A DNA stretch of 64,000 nucleotides from Clostridia bacterium (lineage in GTDB: Bacteria; Bacillota; Clostridia; Oscillospirales; CAG-272), in assembly GCA_017428635.1 (NCBI GenBank), contig JAFRQK010000025.1, positions 2,423 to 66,422 of the forward strand. The letters are read 5' to 3'. Below are positions 19,303 to 28,064 of this stretch, piece after piece. Position numbers and translations under genes: made by a program. The notes beneath the pieces were generated by a model. That model was not told the origin of the DNA. It ran no database searches and was given only the letters and a program-made list of their open reading frames with translations. Position 1 is the first letter of the stretch, and each line of letters starts with the position of its first letter.

Positions 19303-19345
19303 GAAAACTCCTCTTTCGCCGAAAGGCAAAGGAGGAGTTTTTTGT
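19303..19345. terminator. bidirectional terminator between yihY-like gene and mltG
   Basis: The AAAACTCCTCTTTCGCC / GGCAAAGGAGGAGTTTT stem is followed by TTTG. Confidence 0.7.
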
Positions 19346-19347
19346 TG

Positions 19348-20775
19348 TCAGTTCTGTCCTCCGTCGTCTTCCGGAGCGTAGGGATCCTCTTCGATTCCGG
19401 CTCTGATCTCCGCGACCTTCGCCTCGTGCTCGGCGCGCGTCACGGAGAAATACGTACGGGTCCCGGAGGATACGAAGAAATAGTATCCGGACTCGACCGG
19501 GTTGAGGGCAGCGAGTATCGCGCTGTTGCTGGGACTGGCTATCGGCCCCGGAGGCAGCCCGGTGTTGGTGTACGTGTTGTACGGGGTGTCCATGGCAAGA
19601 TCGTCGGCAGTGAGGCGCGGACGCTTGCCGGTCTCGTGCTGGATCACGTAGACGATCGTGGCGTCGCTCTCAAGATACGGATAGTCCCACGGAAGAGCCA
19701 TTCTGTTGTGGAACACGGACGAAACGATCGCAAAATCGGACGGGGTACCCGCCTCTTTTTCGATCATCGACGCGAGCGTGACGACCTGATCGACCGTCAT
19801 GCCGATCTCTTCCGCGCCGAGGCGGTAGTCCTTCGTGAAAACAGCGGCGAACCGTTTGAGCATACGGTTTATCACCGTCTCTTCGCTCGACGCGTTGTAG
19901 AATTCGTAACTGTCCGGGAAAAGATATCCGTCAAGGCGGTAGATCCTGCCCGTATCCCGCCAGTTATCGGGGATCTCGTCGACGAACCAGTAGTCGAAAT
20001 CGTACTCATTAATGACCTCGATATATCTGTCGCGCGTTCCTATTCCCTTCTCGACGAGCAGGTTGATTATCTCGTCCGTGGTGTATCCTTCGGGTATCGT
20101 GACCCATGATACCCCGCTCACCGCTTTCGGCTTGAACGAATTCAGCAGTTCCTTGTATCCGAGTTTTCCGGAGACGGTATACGTCCCCGCTCTGAAATCG
20201 CACGGGTCCTTTTTGAGCTTGGCGTAAAACTTGAAAAGACCCGGGTATTTTATTATCCTGTTCTCCCCGAGCAGATCCGCGACTTCTTCGAGCGTCGCCT
20301 CCTCGGGGATGGTGATCTCGACCTCCTCGTCCGATTTCACGAACGCGTAGACGTCGTTGGCTGCCATTATTATAAAAACGGAAAGAAGAGCGGAGATAAC
20401 GAGAACGAAAGTGACGTATGCGATCACTTTCACAACGTTCGAAACGTGCCGTCCTTCCTCCTCGGTCGCGTCTCTTCCCTTTTTGACCCTCATCGCGTCG
20501 CCCGGTTCGGGAGCGCCTGCGACGACGGCGGTATTGATCCTTGTAGACGCGCGCGGCGCTTTTTTAGGCGCGGCGGTTTTTGACGCGTCGTTTTTTTCAA
20601 CTTTTGCGGGAGCGGGTCTTGCCGGCGCGGCAGTTTCGCCGGGGATCCTTCGCGCCGCCCTTCGCGGCCTGTTCTCAGGTCCGCGCGGCGGCTTACTGCG
20701 CTCGCCTTCGGTCGGGAGCGCCCGTTCGTTTATTTCTCGGTCTTCGTTCATAGACAGACGTCCCTTTCTAAACAA
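19348..20775 (-). CDS. mltG: endolytic murein transglycosylase MltG (YceG-like) with a ~115-aa basic/Pro-rich N-terminal tail
   Basis: One TM helix followed by a YceG-like domain (...VTIPEGYTTDEII..., ...LASMIEKEAG..., ...YNTYTNTGLPPGPIASP...). An alternative start is ATG 20751. Confidence 0.85.
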   Translation of the reverse strand: MFRKGRLSMNEDREINERALPTEGERSKPPRGPENRPRRAARRIPGETAAPARPAPAKVEKNDASKTAAPKKAPRASTRINTAVVAGAPEPGDAMRVKKGRDATEEEGRHVSNVVKVIAYVTFVLVISALLSVFIIMAANDVYAFVKSDEEVEITIPEEATLEEVADLLGENRIIKYPGLFKFYAKLKKDPCDFRAGTYTVSGKLGYKELLNSFKPKAVSGVSWVTIPEGYTTDEIINLLVEKGIGTRDRYIEVINEYDFDYWFVDEIPDNWRDTGRIYRLDGYLFPDSYEFYNASSEETVINRMLKRFAAVFTKDYRLGAEEIGMTVDQVVTLASMIEKEAGTPSDFAIVSSVFHNRMALPWDYPYLESDATIVYVIQHETGKRPRLTADDLAMDTPYNTYTNTGLPPGPIASPSNSAILAALNPVESGYYFFVSSGTRTYFSVTRAEHEAKVAEIRAGIEEDPYAPEDDGGQN

Positions 20776-21673
20776 TATACGACACCACTACGAAGATCAC
20801 TGCCGCGATCAGAAACGCAGGGGAGAATACGGATTCGCTGAACGCCCTCAGAAGAGAGCCGCGCGTTTTTTTGTCGGGGAGGTAAGAGGAGTCCCTGTTC
20901 GCCTTCCCGTACGATTTGTAAAGCGACGACGCCTCGAACGCAGTCACGGCGGCGGCGATGAAGAACGCGACCGCAAGAATGAAAATGATCAGAACGCTGC
21001 TCACGTTCTGCCTTCTCGTCAGATAGATCACGTAGTCCTCGAAGAACACGACGAAAACGTTGTTCACAAGATGAACGATCACCGCCGCAATAAGCGAACG
21101 GGCGGCGAAAGTGACCGCCGCGAGCACGAGCCCGCTGAAAAGATAGACCGGGAATCTGACGAAGCTGAAATGGCTCATCGCGAAAGCGAGGGAACTGACG
21201 GTCACCGCCGTGAAGATCCCCTTCGAGGTGAATTCCGTCAGAATGATCCCGCGGAAAAGGACTTCCTCCGTGATCGCGGGAACGACCGCAAACGCTACTA
21301 CGTAGTAAAAACTGTCGGCGGAACCGGCCGCCGCGGCGCTTGAGGACGCGGAGAACGCCTCCGGAAAGAGCGCGTTCATACCCGCTCCGATCAGTCCGCT
21401 TCCGGAAACGATCAGCACGGACGCGGAAACGATCAGAATGATCGCGGAAAGCGGGAAGAAGTTTATCCGCAGACCCGCTCTGAATTCCTTGCCCCTGAGC
21501 GTGCAGTAGAACACCGTCGGAAGCGCGAGGATCAGAAGCTGGATCACGATCACGGAGAGATACGGGGAACTCTTCAGAACGTCCCTCGCGGCGGGAATAA
21601 GCTGCCACGCGGCGATAAGCGAAAACACGACGATCAGAAGGATCGACGCGGACGTCGTCGGTTTTATTCTCAT
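20768..21673 (-). CDS. CPBP family intramembrane glutamic endopeptidase (CAAX protease-like)
   Basis: EEVLFRG, FAMSH and HLVNN motifs in a multi-TM protein. Confidence 0.8.
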   Translation of the reverse strand: MRIKPTTSASILLIVVFSLIAAWQLIPAARDVLKSSPYLSVIVIQLLILALPTVFYCTLRGKEFRAGLRINFFPLSAIILIVSASVLIVSGSGLIGAGMNALFPEAFSASSSAAAAGSADSFYYVVAFAVVPAITEEVLFRGIILTEFTSKGIFTAVTVSSLAFAMSHFSFVRFPVYLFSGLVLAAVTFAARSLIAAVIVHLVNNVFVVFFEDYVIYLTRRQNVSSVLIIFILAVAFFIAAAVTAFEASSLYKSYGKANRDSSYLPDKKTRGSLLRAFSESVFSPAFLIAAVIFVVVSYIV

Positions 21674-21714
21674 TTTCCCGCCTCCTCTCTTTCAAACGTC
21701 TTTCAGGGCGCCCT

Positions 21715-22314
21715 TTACTTCAGCGCTCTGACCCCCTTTTCCGTCAGAAGGATATCGACCGTAACGTCGTACCTTCCGCGCGGGACTGTCGGAAGTATGA
21801 AATCGCTGTAAACGACCCCTATCTTACATCCGGAAAACGCCGACAGATATCTGTCGTAAAAGCCCTTGCCGTATCCGAGACGGTATCCGGCGCGGTCGTA
21901 AACGAGTCCCGGCACGAAACACACGGCGCTTCCCTTCATCTCGTCCTGACGGAAAACGGGAAGATCCGCCGACGGCTCTCTTATTCCGTACGAATCGGGA
22001 GAAAGATCGTCCAGCGACCCGACGATATGATAATCCATCGTATGGGAATCGACGTCGCATCGCGGGAACGCGACTTTCTTGCCCTGTTCCCACGCGTACT
22101 CCGCTATCTGCGAGACGTCGATCTCGCTCTCCGTCGCGGCGTACAAAAGGACGTACTCGGCGTACCTGAAACTGACGAGTCCCCGTGCGGCCGAACAGAT
22201 CGCGGCGTCTCTTTTCGCCTTTTCGCCCTCGTCCATCTCTTCTCTGACGGCGATGTACTTACGGCGCAGATCGTCTTTATCTTTTTTTACGGTTCCGGAA
22301 GGTTCGATCCTCAT
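21715..22314 (-). CDS. 5-formyltetrahydrofolate cyclo-ligase
   Basis: ...FVPGLVYDRAGYRLGYGKGFYDRYL... signature; 199 aa. Confidence 0.85.
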   Translation of the reverse strand: MRIEPSGTVKKDKDDLRRKYIAVREEMDEGEKAKRDAAICSAARGLVSFRYAEYVLLYAATESEIDVSQIAEYAWEQGKKVAFPRCDVDSHTMDYHIVGSLDDLSPDSYGIREPSADLPVFRQDEMKGSAVCFVPGLVYDRAGYRLGYGKGFYDRYLSAFSGCKIGVVYSDFILPTVPRGRYDVTVDILLTEKGVRALK

Positions 22315-22862
22315 CTGTAAATGACCGCCTCCGCTATCTTGCGGGAGACGTCCTCCCCTCTGAGCGCTCTGAGAAGAGCAAGCCCGAATTTCATGGCGCA
22401 GCCCGCCCCGCGGGCCGTTATCACTTTGCCGTCGACGGTCACGTCGTCGTACGACACGCGGGCGTCCTTCAGGTCCTCCTCAAATCCGGGATAACATGAG
22501 GCGGCCTTTCCTTTGAGTTTTCCTCTTTTTCCGAGAACGGACGGCGCGGCGCAGATCGCGGCGAGGAAGCCGCCTGCCTTTTCCGTCGCTTCAATAAAAG
22601 TATCCGTCCCCGCCCACGCGTCGAGGTGGCGCGTGCCGGGCATACCGCCTGGCAAAATAAGCATTTCGGGCGGATCTCCCTTTATCGCGGAGAACGCCTT
22701 TTTGCCCGCCAGATCGCAGCTGACGGAGATACCGTGAGAGCCCGTCGCCACGGGTCCCGTGACGCCGACCGTCTTCACCTCGCACCCTCCGCGTCTGAGC
22801 ACGTCGATCGGGCAGATCGCCTCGACCTCTTCAAATCCGTCGGCAAGCAGAACGTAAACCAT
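22311..22862 (-). CDS. DJ-1/PfpI family protein
   Basis: MVYVLLADGFEEVEA..., nucleophile elbow AICAAPSVLG; 183 aa. There is an ATGA overlap with the downstream gene. Confidence 0.85.
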   Translation of the reverse strand: MVYVLLADGFEEVEAICPIDVLRRGGCEVKTVGVTGPVATGSHGISVSCDLAGKKAFSAIKGDPPEMLILPGGMPGTRHLDAWAGTDTFIEATEKAGGFLAAICAAPSVLGKRGKLKGKAASCYPGFEEDLKDARVSYDDVTVDGKVITARGAGCAMKFGLALLRALRGEDVSRKIAEAVIYR

Positions 22863-22897
22863 AAATTCTCCTATCCGCCGCGTCGCGGCATCGGGGA

Positions 22898-25543
22898 TCA
22901 GATCCCGCCGTCCCCGTCGGGGTATTCCTCCGCGTGGTCGTCGTCGGGATATTCTTCCGCCCCACGCTCATCATATTCTTCCCCGTATTCCTCATATTCC
23001 TCATCGCGGGAAGAGCCTCCGTCGTCTCTCATCACCATCTCCATAAACTGCTCTTTTGTGATGAGGACTTCTCTGGGCTTCTGTCCGGACGGTTCGCTGA
23101 CGAATCCGAGTTCCTGCATTCTGTCTATGAGTTTCGCCGCTCTTCCGTATCCGAGCGACAGTTTGCGTTGGATCAGCGAGGTCGAGATCTTACCCGTAGT
23201 CACGGCGAGTTCAAGCGCGTCGCGGAGCATCGGATCGTCGTCCTGATCGGGAGATTCGCCCTCGAATGCTCCGCCGCCGCCTTTCTTACCCTTGCCGACG
23301 TTCTTCGCCGCCTCTTCGATCTTGTCGATGATGTCCTTGGAGTAAGCGGAGTCTTCTTTATTCTTTTCCTTGATATAGGTGACTATGTTCTCAACGTCCG
23401 TCTCGTGGACGAACGCGCCCTGAACGCGGATCGGCTTCGACGCGCTGACCGGCAGATAGAGCATATCGCCTTTACCGATCAGGTTCTCCGCGCCCGCTCT
23501 GTCGAGGATGGTACGGGAGTCGACCTGAGAAGCGACCGTGAACGCGATCCTCGACGGGATGTTCGCCTTGATGAGGCCGGTGATAACGTCGACGGACGGT
23601 CTCTGCGTACCGATGATGACGTGCATGCCCGCGGCTCTCGCCTTCTGCATCAGACGGCAGATCGAGTCCTCGACGTTGTCGGGGGCCGTCATCATAAGGT
23701 CGGCGAGCTCGTCGATAATGATAACTATATAGGGAAGGTATTCGTATTCGGGATCGTTAGCCGTTATCCTGTTGAATGCGTTGACGTCTCTGACCCCGAC
23801 CGCTTCGATCAGTCCGAAGCGTCTCTCCATCTCCGACACCGCCCACGACAGCGAACCCGCCGCCTTTTTCGGATCGGTCACGACGGGAACGAGCAGATGC
23901 GGGATCCCGTTGTAGATGTTGAGTTCGACCTTCTTCGGGTCTATCAGGATAAGTTTTACCTCATCGGGGGTGGATTTATACAGCAGAGACACGATAAGGC
24001 TGTTTATGCAGACCGATTTACCCATTCCGGTCGCGCCCGCGATCAGAAGATGAGGCATCTTGCCGATGTCGAGATAAATGCTCTCGCCCGCGACGTCCTC
24101 GCCGAGCGCGCAGAAGAGTTTCGATGTGTTCTCGGTGAATCTTTTATCGTCGATAAGCGTTCTGAGATGGACTATCGCCTTGTTCTTGTTGGGGACCTCG
24201 ATACCGACGACCGCCTTGCCGGGCACGGGCGCCTCGATACGGACGCCTGTCGTGGCGAGGTTGAGCGAGATGTCGTCGACCAGGTTGACGATCGAGCGTA
24301 CGCGAGTCCCGGGTTCGGGCAGCAGTTCGTATCTCGTGATCGTCGGTCCGCGCTGTATGTCCTCTATCCTCGTTTTGACGTTGAAACTTCTCAGCGTCTC
24401 GACGAGTTTTTCGCCGTTCTCCTGAAGTTCCTCCCTGACGCCCGTGCTCTTAAGGGCGACGTCCTCGGGAAGCAGGTTCATCGGCGGGAATATATACTTC
24501 GAGGCGTTCGCGAGGTCCTTGTCCCCCGCGGGAGTCCTTTTGACTTTGAGAGTTTTTTCTCCCTCTTCCTCCGTCTTTTCACGGGGCTTTCTCGTTCTTC
24601 TTGTTCCCTCCCCGCTCATGGCGGCGGGAGTTTCGTATTCTCCGCCGGAGGCGAGACGGCGTTTTCTCGTTTTCTCCATCGCCTCCTCGAAGATCTCCTC
24701 GTCGGTCGTTGCGGCGCTCTGTTCGTCGGCGGGATAATCGTCGTCAAGCGGGATGTCCGGGACGAACGGCCTCTTTCTTCTGAATCTGAAACGAACCGGC
24801 TGCGCCTGATCCTCTTTCACGCGCTCCGCTCTTCTTCTCTCTCTCGGAGCGGCGGGAGCCGTCGCCATGACGATCTGCTCGCCTGCTCTCGCGTCGCGCT
24901 CGCGCTGTTCCTCCTCTTTCGCCTGTGCTCTCTTCTCCGCTCTCTCTTTGGCGGATTCGCGGACTTTCTTTCCGAACGCCTTCGGCGTGAACCCGAACAT
25001 CAGGAGGACGGATACGATAAGAACGGCGATCACGATGACGAGCGTTCCGGGTTTGCCGAAACCGTTCAGCATCAGACTGCCGAGCATTCCGCCCGCGACG
25101 CCGCCTCCTCTGAGCTCCACTCCCTCCGTATAGTGAACGGCGGCGGAATAGACGGCCTGAGAATCGGAAACGACGTGGATGAGAACGGATATGAACGTAT
25201 AAGTCACGACGGAACTGACGATCCTGACGGGGAGGATCCCGTGCTTCAGATCACGCGACAGAGTAAACGTGTGAAGAAGGATAAAAAGCGGAAGGAAAAA
25301 CGCCGTAAAGCCGTTCATCCCGAGGAAGAACCTCTTGAGCGCTCCGCCTACCGCCCCCGCCCCGGTGAAAAGGCAGACGGCGATCAGGACGGCGAGGACG
25401 CCGAGCGCGTAAGGAACGAACTGCGCGACAAAGGACCCCGCGGATCCCTTGCCGCCCTCTTCTTTTACGGGCGTCCGCCGGACTGGTTTTTCACTTTTCG
25501 GAGCGGTCGCTTTGCGCGCTCCGCTTTTTTTGCGGTCAGCCAT
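22898..25543 (-). CDS. ftsK: DNA translocase FtsK/SpoIIIE
   Basis: N-terminal TM helices, a long acidic/basic linker, Walker A GATGMGKS, and a C-terminal gamma winged-helix domain (...ISTSLIQRKLSLGYGRAAKLID...). Confidence 0.95.
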   Translation of the reverse strand: MADRKKSGARKATAPKSEKPVRRTPVKEEGGKGSAGSFVAQFVPYALGVLAVLIAVCLFTGAGAVGGALKRFFLGMNGFTAFFLPLFILLHTFTLSRDLKHGILPVRIVSSVVTYTFISVLIHVVSDSQAVYSAAVHYTEGVELRGGGVAGGMLGSLMLNGFGKPGTLVIVIAVLIVSVLLMFGFTPKAFGKKVRESAKERAEKRAQAKEEEQRERDARAGEQIVMATAPAAPRERRRAERVKEDQAQPVRFRFRRKRPFVPDIPLDDDYPADEQSAATTDEEIFEEAMEKTRKRRLASGGEYETPAAMSGEGTRRTRKPREKTEEEGEKTLKVKRTPAGDKDLANASKYIFPPMNLLPEDVALKSTGVREELQENGEKLVETLRSFNVKTRIEDIQRGPTITRYELLPEPGTRVRSIVNLVDDISLNLATTGVRIEAPVPGKAVVGIEVPNKNKAIVHLRTLIDDKRFTENTSKLFCALGEDVAGESIYLDIGKMPHLLIAGATGMGKSVCINSLIVSLLYKSTPDEVKLILIDPKKVELNIYNGIPHLLVPVVTDPKKAAGSLSWAVSEMERRFGLIEAVGVRDVNAFNRITANDPEYEYLPYIVIIIDELADLMMTAPDNVEDSICRLMQKARAAGMHVIIGTQRPSVDVITGLIKANIPSRIAFTVASQVDSRTILDRAGAENLIGKGDMLYLPVSASKPIRVQGAFVHETDVENIVTYIKEKNKEDSAYSKDIIDKIEEAAKNVGKGKKGGGGAFEGESPDQDDDPMLRDALELAVTTGKISTSLIQRKLSLGYGRAAKLIDRMQELGFVSEPSGQKPREVLITKEQFMEMVMRDDGGSSRDEEYEEYGEEYDERGAEEYPDDDHAEEYPDGDGGI

Positions 25544-25695
25544 TTATCACCGCACCTTTCTTTTGACCGCGCCGCGGTCGGAATTCTCGAACGGAGGTGA
25601 ATAAAAAGGTAAGACAAATACAAACAATTACCTAAAGTAATATTTTAGCAGATTTTAACTGAAATATCAAGAGGCGGGAGGCGGGAGGGCGCGTT

Positions 25696-26091
25696 ATGAC
25701 GCTGATACCGGGAAATAAAGGACGGGCGTCCCTTCGGCTCGCCGTACTCGGCGGCCTGTTCGCCGGAGTTGTCAACGGACTGCTCGGGACGGGCGCGGGA
25801 ACGGTCTTTTTCTTCGTCGCGCAAAGAATATACCGCGACGACCCCGGGATCGGCGCGAAAGACTGTTTCGCGTGCGCCATGGCGGCGGTCTTTCCCGTAT
25901 CGCTTCTTTCTCTTTTCACGTACCCGTCTGTCAACGCGGGATCGGATCTTTTGCCCGCTCTTCTGATACCGGCCGCGCTGGGCGGACTGCTCGGCGCGTT
26001 TCTGTCCGACCGTATCGGGCAGAAGACGCTCAAAAAAATATTCGCCGCCGTCGTGGTTTTCGGCGGCGCGTATATGATCGCAGGGAGTTGA
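25696..26091 (+). CDS. half-size TSUP (TauE/SafE-like) membrane protein, first of two
   Basis: 131 aa with about 4 TM helices and a Gly-rich motif, GVVNGLLGTGAGTV. Confidence 0.65.
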   Translation: MTLIPGNKGRASLRLAVLGGLFAGVVNGLLGTGAGTVFFFVAQRIYRDDPGIGAKDCFACAMAAVFPVSLLSLFTYPSVNAGSDLLPALLIPAALGGLLGAFLSDRIGQKTLKKIFAAVVVFGGAYMIAGS

Positions 26092-26093
26092 AA

Positions 26094-26483
26094 ATGGATC
26101 TTTTCGATATTCCCGCCGCGTTTCTGATCGGAGCTCTCACGGGGACGGGCGTCGGCGGAGGCGGCCTTTTCGTTCTTTATCTCACGCTTCTGCGCGGGGC
26201 GGAACAGCTCCGCGCCCAGTGGCTCAATCTCGTACTGTTCGCCGCGGTCTCGGTCTCGGCCGTTCCGTACCATCTCGCCCGCCGCAAAGTCTCCCCGAAA
26301 CTCCTTTTCATACTCGTCGCGCTCGCCGTTCCGGGAACGTTTGCCGGGGCCGCGATAAGGGGCGCGATACCCGCCGGGGCGGTGAGAAAGATCTTCGGCG
26401 GAGCCATGCTTCTGACCGGCGCGCACGTCCTTTTCGGAAGGGACAAAGCGGCTTTCGAAACCGCCGAAAATAAAAAAACTTGA
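26094..26483 (+). CDS. half-size TSUP (TauE/SafE-like) membrane protein, second of two
   Basis: 129 aa with about 4 TM helices and the motif GALTGTGVGGGGLFV. The ATG lies 2 nt after the upstream TGA, with GGGAG 6 nt before it. The track ORF starting at 25872 is an upstream extension. Confidence 0.65.
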   Translation: MDLFDIPAAFLIGALTGTGVGGGGLFVLYLTLLRGAEQLRAQWLNLVLFAAVSVSAVPYHLARRKVSPKLLFILVALAVPGTFAGAAIRGAIPAGAVRKIFGGAMLLTGAHVLFGRDKAAFETAENKKT

Positions 26484-26508
26484 TTTTTTCTTCGATTTGT
26501 GGTATAGT
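26480..26508 (+). promoter_or_regulatory. candidate sigma-70 promoter for the long leader of the G5/3D gene
   Basis: TTGATT (26480-26485), a 17-nt spacer, then TATAGT (26503-26508), with TG 1 nt upstream of the -10. Confidence 0.45.
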
Positions 26509-26629
26509 TTATAAGGTTATTGCCCTTTTGAGCCCTGCGCCGACAGGCGCGGATCAGGGGGCTCGCAGGACCCGGAAACGGGCCTGCGGAATAAACTGCT
26601 TGTGAAATATTATACAATAAATAAAGCGG

Positions 26630-26800
26630 TTTGTACATAGTTGACCGGGCTTTACCCGGCAGAAAGGAACCGCCGGAAGGCGGCAGGTGTTATCTTGTAT
26701 AGACGATCAGAGAATTCTGAAAGTTCTGTTCGGAGCCACACCGAGATCGACCGAAGTTCGGGCATGACGCCCGAAACGCACGAATCTAACGCATCGCGCG
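26630..26800 (+). promoter_or_regulatory. candidate c-di-AMP (ydaO-yuaA type) riboswitch
   Basis: By-eye match to remembered ydaO features, in the right order: ...GGAACC-hairpin-GGUGUUAUC..., ...CGGAGCCACACC..., ...CCCGAAACGCACGAAUCUAACGCAUCG.... It lies upstream of a cell-wall (3D/G5) gene, which is a typical ydaO target class. It has not been verified with a covariance model. Confidence 0.4.
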
Positions 26801-28005
26801 GCGCAGCCGGCGCCGCAGGCGGTGCATACCGAAACCAAACGCAAAAACGGCACGCGAACAGAACCGGGGCGCAAAGCGCCTCCCTCATAGGAAAAGGCGG
26901 CACAACGCTCAAAAGAGGAGCCGTCGTCCTTATCGTATGCGTCCTCTTCGGGCTCATCATGCTCGGAGCGGGCGTCTTCGCGGCGTCCTCGATGTCTTCA
27001 AATCCCGCATCGGGAGGACGCGAAAGCGAAACTCCCTCTTCTTACGCGACCGCGGACACGGAAGAGAGCGAAAAAAAGGACTCCTCTCCCGAGATCGGCG
27101 GAGGAGTTTCGAGAACGGAAGCGACGGAGACCGACGGCAAGGAAACGGAACCCGAAAAAGACCGGGAGACCGAAAAATCCGGCAGCGTTACCGTCCCCGC
27201 GACTCCGGACGAAGTCAAGCAGCCCGAAACGACGCCGAAAAACGACCCGAAATACACCGTAACGTTCAATTTCTGGGACAGAGATCCCATATACGCCAAA
27301 ACGGACGGCGGTACGGTCCGTAATATCCTTGCGGAAAACGGATACACGCTCGACTCGCTCCACGTCACGTCGATCGGCGCGGACGAATGGGTCGATTACG
27401 ACGCGACCGTCAACGTTCTCACCCTGAGGTACGAGACGATCAACGTCACCGAAGAGATCCCCTACGGTACCGATTACGTTTATTCCGACTCCGTTCCGTC
27501 CGGTCAGTCTTGGGAGACGACCGCCGGTTCGGTCGGTTACAGGAACGCGATGTATACGATCGAGTACATCAACGGCGAGGAGAACTACCGCTCGCTCGAC
27601 AGCGAATATATCACGAAATATCCCACGAATCAGGTGATCACCGTCGGCACCGCGCCCTCGACCGTCGTATCCGACAGTACGGGCGGATATATCTACGGCG
27701 CGGACGGTACCGCGTACCATTACTCGAAAGTCATCACCGTCAAGGCGACGTATTATAACCTTCTCGGCGGAACGGCTTCGGGCCTTCCCGTCGGAGACGG
27801 AATAATCGCGACGGACCCGTCCGTCATCCCGACCGGGACGAGCGTTTACCTCAAGAACGACGCGATGGATCTCGGAGTGCGGCTTGCGGCGGACACAGGC
27901 GTTTACGGCGCGTGGGTCGACGTGTGGATGAACGAAAACAGTCCTTATTTCGACATCTTTGCGCCTACGGGCGTATGGGAAATGACTTGTTATATTCTTG
28001 ACTGA
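26764..28005 (+). CDS. membrane-anchored cell-wall protein with G5 and C-terminal 3D domains (YabE/RpfB-like)
   Basis: TM helix (AVVLIVCVLFGLIMLGAGVF), an acidic linker, a G5-like segment (...EEIPYGTDYVYSDSVPSGQSWETTAGSVGYRNAMYTIEYINGEE...), and a 3D domain (...ATDPSVIPTGTSVYL...AADTGVYGAWVDVW...). The start is uncertain: ATG 26764 is the first canonical in-frame start but lies inside the putative riboswitch. Confidence 0.8.
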   Translation: MTPETHESNASRGAAGAAGGAYRNQTQKRHANRTGAQSASLIGKGGTTLKRGAVVLIVCVLFGLIMLGAGVFAASSMSSNPASGGRESETPSSYATADTEESEKKDSSPEIGGGVSRTEATETDGKETEPEKDRETEKSGSVTVPATPDEVKQPETTPKNDPKYTVTFNFWDRDPIYAKTDGGTVRNILAENGYTLDSLHVTSIGADEWVDYDATVNVLTLRYETINVTEEIPYGTDYVYSDSVPSGQSWETTAGSVGYRNAMYTIEYINGEENYRSLDSEYITKYPTNQVITVGTAPSTVVSDSTGGYIYGADGTAYHYSKVITVKATYYNLLGGTASGLPVGDGIIATDPSVIPTGTSVYLKNDAMDLGVRLAADTGVYGAWVDVWMNENSPYFDIFAPTGVWEMTCYILD

Positions 28006-28009
28006 CACA

Positions 28010-28050
28010 AGGGGAGGATCCGCGTCATCGGGGATCCTCCCTTTCTTTTT
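28010..28050 (+). terminator. rho-independent terminator after the G5/3D gene
   Basis: GGGAGGATCC (28012-28021) / GGATCCTCCC (28032-28041) stem followed by TTTCTTTTT. Confidence 0.65.
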
Positions 28051-28064
28051 ACGGAGGACGGAAA

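Noticed and set aside
25671-25691. A triple heptamer GAGGCGG GAGGCGG GAGGGCG lies just upstream of the first TSUP start codon.
   Set aside because: It is only three degenerate units. It is most simply an extended or redundant Shine-Dalgarno region, and there is no evidence of variability.
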